Virus record (IMG/VR): IMGVR_UViG_3300008266_000061
Location: 1-59,880 of that record
From: a virus
Lineage: Duplodnaviria; Caudoviricetes
DNA length: 59,880 nt
Direction: 5' to 3' (one strand)
The position numbers and the translations under genes are program-made. Below, in pieces: positions 7,991 to 15,706 of this stretch. Numbering within the stretch: the stretch's first letter is position 1; each line of letters opens with the position of its first letter. Below the pieces are notes generated by a model. That model did not search any database and was not told where the DNA came from. It worked only from the letters and a program-made list of their open reading frames with translations.

Positions 7991-9931
7991 TTATTCCCAC
8001 GCTTCTTTGTAGCCGTTTGGATGATCAGTTTCCTCGTTCCATTCCTTGGCATCGCGTGAATCAGTCCAATTTCTGTTCGGCTTGATGACCGATGGCTTCG
8101 GTTCTTCAATTTGAGCCTGTACGTACTTGCCGTCAATCGCCTGTTGCAGGTAGTCAACCCCATCAAATGTAAACCTCCGAGTGTTCCTCTGTAGTTGGAA
8201 CTCAAAGAAGCCCTTTATACCCACGATTTTTTGTCGGCGGATCTTCTTACTATGAAACTCGCAGATAGGGCTTTCTGGGGCCGTCTGGGCAAACGGACGG
8301 TGGTATATGAGGATGTTGTCTGCCTTGTTGTTCCACATCGCTCCGTCGGCAAGGTCAAATACCTCCGGACATGGGTAGTTCCCGTCGTCCCCTTTCCTCA
8401 TCTTGTGCGGGTGGACCACTATGTCAAAGTACACGTTGTTTTTCCGTGCAAAACGAGTACAGTCAGACAAGAAAGTTTCCAAATACTTGTCACTTCTTCC
8501 GCCGCCCTTCGTATAGTCATTCGCCATTTGGTTGAATGGATCAATGATCACCCTTTCCACGCCATGTTTGATAATGAGACTCAAGAAAACTTCTTTAACG
8601 TAATCCGGTGTTGGGCTTACGTCTTTGGGGTATACCATGAAGATATGTTCGCCAATCATCTTGTACACCTTCATGTACAAATCGTAGCTTGGTCGATTTG
8701 GATTGTTTGGCGTACAGTCCTTTCCAAAATAGATTTCCACAAGGTCGTGGTAAAACTGTTCGGCAGGTAACTCCTCCGGGGTAAAGATGGCAACCTTCTC
8801 TCCAAACTTGACTATACGGAATATCATCTCCCACTTCATGAATGATGACTTGCCATAGTTTCCTATTCCGGAAACAATTGTTAAATCCCCCTTCACTCTT
8901 TTGAAGTGTTTGTCAAGTAGTGGAACGCCTAGAGGTTGTGCCGCACGATATCCGTGGAGGTAAATCTCGGAAGCCTTTTCCATAACTTCCTCCGCATAAA
9001 TGACGTCCTGTGCGGCTATATTCTCCGCATCTTCTGCGGTGATTACGATGTCAACCTCCACTCGGTTACTCTTTGTAACCAACTGGTCTTTGGTAAACTC
9101 GGCGGTGTTCCACTGGTTCATGTTGGCCCTGTACGCGCTACGTATCGCCTGTCTGCACTCACGTTGGCTGAAACTAGCGTCAGGAACAACGTAGGTCATC
9201 ATCATGTTATAGCACGTCTCCTCAAGCATCCCGAACCTGCAACAGCTTGCGGCTAACTTGAACACGAAGTGATTTCTTTCCCCCTCACGGAACGCGTCCC
9301 CCTTGGAGGTCATCCATGTCAGCAGGTTGTTAAAAATCTTGTCGTCGTCGTTAATCGTTTCGGTAGTTGTCTGTTGTGGCAACCTTCTGTCGGCCTTCTT
9401 TACTGGCAATTTGTTAAAAACCTCAGCGTTTGGATTGTAATAAATTTCGGGATCATACGACTCAAAGCATAGGCGGGAAACATTTCGACCAGTCTTGTCA
9501 ATGTCTGGGAAATCATTCATTAAGGCATCGAAATGCTCCTTATGCATGGTATTCCATTCAATCCGAACCAAGGCCTTCAGTCCCTTTCCAGAAGGTGATA
9601 CCCAAACAGCCGTAATGTAACTTATAAGTGACAATTCATTTCTTTTTTGGGTGATATTAGGGACATTATCGAAATCAAGCACAATGTAACCAGAGTGTTC
9701 GACAAGCTCTGAGTCCTTACGTTTGTTAAAAACCCCACTAAAGCAAGCTGCTGGAAGTCTCTTCTTTAACTCGTCCGCCTCCTTTTTGGTTTTAGCTTCC
9801 CTCGCCTTCTCGACGAGTTCCTTTGACTTTCCAGTCCTAATTCGTTCAAGTGCGCCCAACACAGTAATCGTGTGTCCTTGCAGGTCGTTGAAGTCTTTGT
9901 AGATTGAGATTTTACCATGTATTGCTGTCAT
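7991..9931 (-). CDS. Primase-helicase: BT4734/VirE_N-like primase domain, PriCT-like domain, DnaB/twinkle-type SF4 helicase
   Basis: HSGYIVLDFD...SPSGKGLK...DVSRLCF-like (NVSRLCFESYDP); GERN; Walker A GIGNYGKS; Walker B IIDP; VVHP; NKADN. Confidence 0.85.
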   Translation of the reverse strand: MTAIHGKISIYKDFNDLQGHTITVLGALERIRTGKSKELVEKAREAKTKKEADELKKRLPAACFSGVFNKRKDSELVEHSGYIVLDFDNVPNITQKRNELSLISYITAVWVSPSGKGLKALVRIEWNTMHKEHFDALMNDFPDIDKTGRNVSRLCFESYDPEIYYNPNAEVFNKLPVKKADRRLPQQTTTETINDDDKIFNNLLTWMTSKGDAFREGERNHFVFKLAASCCRFGMLEETCYNMMMTYVVPDASFSQRECRQAIRSAYRANMNQWNTAEFTKDQLVTKSNRVEVDIVITAEDAENIAAQDVIYAEEVMEKASEIYLHGYRAAQPLGVPLLDKHFKRVKGDLTIVSGIGNYGKSSFMKWEMIFRIVKFGEKVAIFTPEELPAEQFYHDLVEIYFGKDCTPNNPNRPSYDLYMKVYKMIGEHIFMVYPKDVSPTPDYVKEVFLSLIIKHGVERVIIDPFNQMANDYTKGGGRSDKYLETFLSDCTRFARKNNVYFDIVVHPHKMRKGDDGNYPCPEVFDLADGAMWNNKADNILIYHRPFAQTAPESPICEFHSKKIRRQKIVGIKGFFEFQLQRNTRRFTFDGVDYLQQAIDGKYVQAQIEEPKPSVIKPNRNWTDSRDAKEWNEETDHPNGYKEAWE

Positions 9932-10589
9932 CTTGAATAGGCGTTTGTTTTATTGCTTTCGTTTGTGTTTCGTCTTCCCATCTCTTGTCGCGAAGATATC
10001 GAACCGGGTCTTTCCAGTATTTCCGTTCGCGACCCGATTTGTGGTTATTCATGCATTCTACCGCAAGTGTGCGCTCATCAGAAGATAGTTTGTTCCAAGC
10101 AGTTTGTGCTTGTTTCTTATCCACCTTCTTGTCGTAAGCAGTCCAAAAATCCTCAAATGCGTATTTGTATATTATTATTTCTTTGTTTGTATTTGTTTCT
10201 TTATATATATCGAGGTTTTCCGATTCACGGAAATCCCCGACATCGGGAAATCCCGACATCGGGAAATCCGCATCTCGGGAAAGCTGAGGTGCATCATATA
10301 CAATATGGTTCCATCCCACCATCCTGTTGGTGCTTGAATCTATTTGACGGCAACTCAAGATGTACCCCTTCTCTTGCAGGGACTTAAACACCCTGTCTAC
10401 TGCGTTTTTTGCATCTGGCATCTGATTATAAAGATTCTTTTTGTAAAGAACCCAATTCTCCGGAAGGGAAAGAAGAAAGCAAAGCATACCTTTCTCTTCC
10501 ATTGTCAAATCCTTAGACTGTGAGATTTCGTTCGGGATAATAGCAAAGTCATGCTTGCGCTTCCCTTTAACAATTTGTCCTGTATTCAT
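9912..10589 (-). CDS. Phage replication initiator (N-terminal winged HTH)
   Basis: FAIIPNE...LTMEEKGMLCFLLSLPENW...LQEKGYI; C-terminal FEDFWTAY.KKVDK...YL..KRWED; internal iterons; start taken at MNTGQ. Confidence 0.8.
   Translation of the reverse strand: MNTGQIVKGKRKHDFAIIPNEISQSKDLTMEEKGMLCFLLSLPENWVLYKKNLYNQMPDAKNAVDRVFKSLQEKGYILSCRQIDSSTNRMVGWNHIVYDAPQLSRDADFPMSGFPDVGDFRESENLDIYKETNTNKEIIIYKYAFEDFWTAYDKKVDKKQAQTAWNKLSSDERTLAVECMNNHKSGRERKYWKDPVRYLRDKRWEDETQTKAIKQTPIQDDSNTW
10229..10284. repeat. 16-bp iteron-like repeats (three and a half copies) beside an AT-rich tract; putative origin
   Basis: GGAAATCCCCGACATC / GGGAAATCCCGACATC / GGGAAATCCGCATCTC / GGGAAAGC; AT-rich tract about 10161-10210. 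Confidence 0.75.
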
Positions 10590-10594
10590 AAGAT

Positions 10595-10712
10595 AAAAAA
10601 AGCTCGCAAGAACCACTTTGCGAGCTTTTGAATTGGTAAGTAATTATACCCATCCAACCCTAGTTTACTGTGGTTCGTTAGCAAACGAGGGGTGAAATAT
10701 GTGGCAAACATA
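10595..10712 (-). promoter_or_regulatory. Structured leader / attenuator of the initiator gene
   Basis: TATGTTTG at 10705-10712; hairpin 10658-10691; terminator hairpin plus U tract 10595-10629 just before ATG 10589. Confidence 0.7.
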
Positions 10713-10731
10713 AACTACCCACGCGAGGATG

Positions 10732-10923
10732 TCAAGGATTTTCGTCTTTATTTTTCAAGTGCCAGGTTTCGCAGTCCCAGCACATATAGATAATTTGGTC
10801 CGCATCCTTATGAGACTCAGCCTCTTTACGAGTTTTGTATGGGCGCTTGCCACATCCGTATTCGGAGGCTCTTATCATTAGTGCGAGGGATAAAACGGTA
10901 AATATGATTGACAGAATAAACAT
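10732..10923 (-). CDS. Small Zn-binding protein with hydrophobic N-terminus
   Basis: CGKRPY.TRKEA...YMCWDCETWHL motif. Confidence 0.65.
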   Translation of the reverse strand: MFILSIIFTVLSLALMIRASEYGCGKRPYKTRKEAESHKDADQIIYMCWDCETWHLKNKDENP

Positions 10924-10927
10924 ACTG

Positions 10928-10995
10928 CAAATTTACTCTGTTTAATACTATTTCCAAGCACCAAGTTGACACTGTGTTGTTTTTGAGTATATTTG
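10928..10995. promoter_or_regulatory. Back-to-back divergent promoters between replication and morphogenesis blocks
   Basis: Minus TAAATTTG 10928-10935 and plus TATATTTG 10988-10995, each with TTG 19 bp upstream. Confidence 0.75.
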
Positions 10996-10999
10996 CAGC

Positions 11000-11215
11000 A
11001 TGAGTAATTTGTTCCCGCCCGACCACCGGGTATTCATTGAAATAGAAAACAAAACAGACAAGCAGATTGACGCGGTAATAACTAAGGTTGGAAACTTTTG
11101 TGAATTTGAGGTTGGTCAGCGCGTTTGCATTGTCGGAAAGGTAGACAAAGTTGAACTGCAAGATGTAACGGAGTACTCCGTACACGAGCGATACATCGTG
11201 ATGGTATATGAATAA
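11000..11215 (+). CDS. GroES/Cpn10-like protein lacking the mobile loop
   Basis: LFPPDHRVFIE...AVITKVG...FEVGQRV...VHERYIVMV aligns by eye with GroES. Confidence 0.6.
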   Translation: MSNLFPPDHRVFIEIENKTDKQIDAVITKVGNFCEFEVGQRVCIVGKVDKVELQDVTEYSVHERYIVMVYE

Positions 11216-11510
11216 CGAAAAAAACTGGAAGCGATCCATAGAGCTTGTCAGGCAGATGCTTGATGACAAGATTGAGATATATGAGGTGATGAAGATATTC
11301 ACCCCGATGGCTTCGTCCTCGCGAAGAAACCTTCTTTACTGTAGCCCAAGCATAACGGAGTCTGACCTAGACCAGGTTGAGAAGGCGATCCAAAGGTACA
11401 AGTCCACGCTAGAAGAGATGGGTAAGACACAGGTTGAGACTCGAATCAAGCGTTCGATGTACTTCCAAAAACTGAAAGAACACTATGATAAGGACAAAGA
11501 CAAAAAATAA
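11208..11510 (+). CDS. Hypothetical protein
   Basis: ORF track; overlapping operon. Confidence 0.7.
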   Translation: MNNEKNWKRSIELVRQMLDDKIEIYEVMKIFTPMASSSRRNLLYCSPSITESDLDQVEKAIQRYKSTLEEMGKTQVETRIKRSMYFQKLKEHYDKDKDKK

Positions 11511-11733
11511 TTACCTCAGAATCATCGAAGTGTACGAGTACTACATCGAGCGAGAGAACACTGATATGAAACAGATTGAGGGACTTATGAGTAATTGGGA
11601 CGCCATAAACCTGTTTGGGACCTACTCCTCACTCCGCCGGGGTGTAAACAAAATCAAGAAGAAGCTGCCTGTAGGCAAGAAGAACTTTGAGACCCAAAAA
11701 AAGCTATTTGAAATCTACAAACACACACTATGA
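11485..11733 (+). CDS. Hypothetical protein
   Basis: ORF track; ATGA-coupled. Confidence 0.7.
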   Translation: MIRTKTKNNYLRIIEVYEYYIERENTDMKQIEGLMSNWDAINLFGTYSSLRRGVNKIKKKLPVGKKNFETQKKLFEIYKHTL

Positions 11734-12533
11734 ATTTAGCTGGACTAGACTTAGAGAAGCTGCGTTTAGTTAACGGAGAATGTATAATTGAACTACATTC
11801 CTTAACCGAGGATGAGATCGACTTTAATGGAGGTAAACTAAAAATAGTAAACAAGGTTAAGAACTATATTTCTGATGTGGACGATGACGAAATGGTTGCC
11901 GTCATAAAAGCATTAAAAAAATCAGACTATAAAGATAAAAATCTTCTGGAAGAGTACAGTAAAATGGCTGGAGAGGCTCACAGAAAGGCTGACGAGGACA
12001 AGGAGAATATACAAGACAAGCAGGCCGTTAGACGAGGCAAGATAATTAAAATAGCGGAGGCCGAACTGAACTATGGCGGATGGGACTACGACTGTGAGTT
12101 TGATGCTGTTGTTGGAGATGAGGTTTGGTTTGATGCCACATTCACAAGAGAGCTGATTACCGAGGGGGAGGGTGGTTGTGTTATAGACGGTAAAACGTAT
12201 CTCATGATTTCGAAGAGGTCTATATACGCGGCCAAGCGAGGAGACGATATAGTTAGTTTAAATGGTTACATCATAGGAAGGCTGTTGGGCAACGAAAGGA
12301 TGTATGGGTCAGTATATATTCCTGACAATGACATCCAGAGGGTTGAGGTGGTTGTCCCTCCTGCTAGACTTCCAAGATATACCCGTCCAGATATTTGGTC
12401 TAATACGGAGGTAAAAAAAGGGGACGTTGTTTGTGTTCGAAACATATACGCAACAAAACTCGATCCTACACTTGCTAACACTACGGAATATGTTCGTTTC
12501 CAGCCACGAGTAATAATGGCACACGAAAGATGA
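11730..12533 (+). CDS. Tandem GroES/Cpn10-like protein
   Basis: Domain 1 GKIIKI..AVVGDEVWF..IDGKTYLMISKRSIYA; domain 2 LNGYII..GSVYIPD..EVKKGDVV..IMA. Confidence 0.65.
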   Translation: MNLAGLDLEKLRLVNGECIIELHSLTEDEIDFNGGKLKIVNKVKNYISDVDDDEMVAVIKALKKSDYKDKNLLEEYSKMAGEAHRKADEDKENIQDKQAVRRGKIIKIAEAELNYGGWDYDCEFDAVVGDEVWFDATFTRELITEGEGGCVIDGKTYLMISKRSIYAAKRGDDIVSLNGYIIGRLLGNERMYGSVYIPDNDIQRVEVVVPPARLPRYTRPDIWSNTEVKKGDVVCVRNIYATKLDPTLANTTEYVRFQPRVIMAHER

Positions 12534-13183
12534 TAAAATTAGATTTTAGTAAAATATCGTACAACATTGAAGGTGTCCCGGACGATGAGGCAGTAATATA
12601 CCGTTTCTCGGACCTCGCCAGTCAAGCACATATCCTTGACAGGTCAGACGATCTCCCAGAGGGAGTCAACGCCGACAAGGTTGTACGATACCTGATATAT
12701 ATGTTCGCTCCAGGTACGCCCGTGAAAGATGCGTATCCTGACATCAACCAGCGCAAACGATACACATTGAACAAGCTGAACATCATGGTTGATGACACGG
12801 ATCCAGACAACGGGTACGCCCAGCTCTGCATGATGAATGTGGACTGGGCGGTGGAGCGTTACATAACCTTCACCCGACTGCAATGCTCGGAGGACTACTC
12901 GATCATGAGTACTGCCGACATCCGAATTGCGGCACTTCAAAGGGCCTTGTTGACACAGCCCGTTGACAGGTCGAACGACGACAAGAACTTCCAAGCAGGT
13001 CTTGAGAGTTGGCGCCAGACACTTGTGGACGCCCGTAGCCGAATAATGAACGACGAGGTCAGCATCACGTTACAGAAGGCAATTACCTTCTCTGTACGTG
13101 CTGAGAACCTTGGCATACAACCCGAACACTACGCAAGGGTGTGGCGTGAGAAGAAGGAAATATTCCCGGAGGTAATGCCATGA
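12530..13183 (+). CDS. Putative terminase small subunit
   Basis: Helical protein ATGA-coupled directly upstream of TerL; positional call only. Confidence 0.45.
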   Translation: MIKLDFSKISYNIEGVPDDEAVIYRFSDLASQAHILDRSDDLPEGVNADKVVRYLIYMFAPGTPVKDAYPDINQRKRYTLNKLNIMVDDTDPDNGYAQLCMMNVDWAVERYITFTRLQCSEDYSIMSTADIRIAALQRALLTQPVDRSNDDKNFQAGLESWRQTLVDARSRIMNDEVSITLQKAITFSVRAENLGIQPEHYARVWREKKEIFPEVMP

Positions 13184-15642
13184 ATTACGAATACGAGGAG
13201 GAGGATAAGTACGTTTCCTTTCACGAGGACGACGATGAGTTGGATACAATTCGTATCCCACTGCCTCGCTTAGAGGAGTGGTATTCTCATCACCTAAAGC
13301 GTGAAGTTACGCGGGAAGAGGCACTAACTTACGTGGATGGCTATGGCCTTGCTCCAAAGGACCAAAAGTTTCAATATCAGGAAACCCCTGAGAAGATAAA
13401 ATTAATCTATGAGGTTGTGTTCAACAAGAAACACGCAACCAACAAGTCTAAGTACAAGGAGGTAGGGGACGTTCGTCTTGAGGACATTTACGAGGAGGTA
13501 GAGTCCAATCAGAAGTACTACGCGATGGAGATTGAGTGGATGAAGCTCCAAATCAAGCGGAGATACGTGGGATATTGGTGCTTCATTAAAGGAAAGCCGA
13601 CATATCTAAACGGTGCAAATTACTTCTTCTTAAACTTCTGGACGGTAAAGAACTTTGGAAAGAACAACAACCGTCCCGACTATAGGGACTACCAGCGCAA
13701 GATGTTCCATCTGTTCATGTACGCATACACAACAGAGGACGCATTCTACAAGCACAAGATTCTGTATCGGGAAGATGGCGTGGTAAAGACAAGGTATTCA
13801 AACCAAGACGTTAAGAACGTGGTTGACGAAATGAACGAGATGGCGGTTGAGTATTTCGTTGAGCCTAACATCAACATTACCGTTACAAAGGGAAAGCGCA
13901 CTGTACACGGAATCAACTTCGTCTCTGGGCGACGTATTGCTAAGACCGCAATTGCGTGTTGTTTCTGTACGTGGGGAACGCTAAATATGCCCGACCAAAC
14001 ATTCATCATCCAGGCGATGAACGAGGACCAGGCGGTCAACAAGATATTCATAAAACAAATTCAAACACCTGTAAGCAAACTCCCTTTCTTCTTCCGACCT
14101 CATTATCGTGGGCGGATAGAGGCAAAGGAGGGTTTGCGTTTCCAGTATGAGGGAGCAATCGCATCAGCAGCAAGGGCCGGAATCGTCCCCGAACAAATGG
14201 AGTGCTTCATCACGCCGCTCCCTTCGACGGAGAAAGCAGCGGATGGGGAAGCGGAAATTGCTTTTGTCTATCGTGACGAGCCAGCGAAGAAAACGGACGC
14301 AAAGGCGGCGGACCAAAACATCCCGACGTGGTGGTACAACACGATGAAGCCAGCCATCGAGCGAGGCGAAAACATCCGGGGGTTCTGTATCATGCCTTCT
14401 ACCGTGGGAGACATGGATACAGGGGGTGGAGCGCAGTTCTTTGATATTGCTAACGACTCGCACTTCTCGGATCGTAACGAGAACGGCACAACCCCATCTG
14501 GACTCATTAACTTCTTCTTGCCCGGTTACTACGCGGTGGAGGGATATATCGACGAGTTCGGCGCAAGCATTATCGACGACCCCAAGGAGCCTGTTATGTC
14601 TAATGAGGGCAAGTGGATTACTAAAGGTGCTAAGTCGTACCTGTTAAACCAGGCGGACTACTTTGAGCGCAAACGCGAGTGGCAGAAGCTCATCAAGTTG
14701 CAGCAAAACTTCCCTATGAGCTGGAAGCAAGCATTTGCTGTAATACCTAAGGATATGGGTATGCCCATCGAGAAGATGCGCGACCGAATATCGGAACTGA
14801 AGTTCTTGCGGACCCCAATCACCACCAAGATTAATTTCAAGTGGGCGGGCGACAAGTTTGGTGGAGACGTGTATGTAGAAAACGACCCTAAGGGAAGCTG
14901 GACCATGAGCTATCTTCCTCCATTAGAGCAACGTAATAAAAAAACAATTGTTACCGCAGAAGAGGGGTACATACCGCCCAAGGATAGGGGTCTAATATAT
15001 GCACCCGATCCGTCAGTGATGAACAAGTACTTCCTTTGCTGTGACCCGGTAAAGTTCCACAAAAGAAACACGGTAGGTAAAAAGAAATCAAACGCGGCGG
15101 CGGCAGTCTTCTACAAACGAGACAGCCAGGTAGACCCAGACAATAAACCCAGGAATGAGTGGGTAAGCAACGATTGGATACTGATATACAACAGGCAGAC
15201 CGAGGATAAGGCCGAGTACCACGAGGAGTGGCTCAAGGCGGCTGTCTTTCTTGGGGCGTACGTTTACCCCGAATGGCCTGACGGAGAGGCTTTGGTTGAA
15301 TACTTTAGGGACAATGGTTTTGACGGATACCTACTCAAAGACTTAGGGTCAGACGGCAAACAGGACAATCGCCCCGGAGTTTGGGCGGGCGAGGCTGAAA
15401 AAAATGAAATGGCTGGGGACATCATGACCTTCTTCAACAATAATGTTAAGTACGTGAAAATGTGGGAGATAATAGAGGAGTGGAGTCAAATGAGGGGTCT
15501 TGACGACTTGACCAACCATGACTTGTGCGCCGCCACAGGATGGTGTATGAGGGCCATAAAAAGCAGAATGCCAGACCTTTACAAGGAAGTGTATCAACCC
15601 ATAGAGGTCAAAGGGGGCTTTGCAACTTTTGATGTAGAATAA
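13180..15642 (+). CDS. terL: Terminase large subunit
   Basis: GKPTYLNG.NYFFLN, YRDYQR, Walker A-like GRRIAKT, Walker B YRDE, PST, nuclease CDP and HD; upstream of portal. Confidence 0.9.
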   Translation: MNYEYEEEDKYVSFHEDDDELDTIRIPLPRLEEWYSHHLKREVTREEALTYVDGYGLAPKDQKFQYQETPEKIKLIYEVVFNKKHATNKSKYKEVGDVRLEDIYEEVESNQKYYAMEIEWMKLQIKRRYVGYWCFIKGKPTYLNGANYFFLNFWTVKNFGKNNNRPDYRDYQRKMFHLFMYAYTTEDAFYKHKILYREDGVVKTRYSNQDVKNVVDEMNEMAVEYFVEPNINITVTKGKRTVHGINFVSGRRIAKTAIACCFCTWGTLNMPDQTFIIQAMNEDQAVNKIFIKQIQTPVSKLPFFFRPHYRGRIEAKEGLRFQYEGAIASAARAGIVPEQMECFITPLPSTEKAADGEAEIAFVYRDEPAKKTDAKAADQNIPTWWYNTMKPAIERGENIRGFCIMPSTVGDMDTGGGAQFFDIANDSHFSDRNENGTTPSGLINFFLPGYYAVEGYIDEFGASIIDDPKEPVMSNEGKWITKGAKSYLLNQADYFERKREWQKLIKLQQNFPMSWKQAFAVIPKDMGMPIEKMRDRISELKFLRTPITTKINFKWAGDKFGGDVYVENDPKGSWTMSYLPPLEQRNKKTIVTAEEGYIPPKDRGLIYAPDPSVMNKYFLCCDPVKFHKRNTVGKKKSNAAAAVFYKRDSQVDPDNKPRNEWVSNDWILIYNRQTEDKAEYHEEWLKAAVFLGAYVYPEWPDGEALVEYFRDNGFDGYLLKDLGSDGKQDNRPGVWAGEAEKNEMAGDIMTFFNNNVKYVKMWEIIEEWSQMRGLDDLTNHDLCAATGWCMRAIKSRMPDLYKEVYQPIEVKGGFATFDVE

Positions 15643-15706
15643 TTGTTTTCAACTATTTAGTAAAAAAATTTACTACATTTGTCGTGGTTAACTAAATTTG
15701 TTTGAT

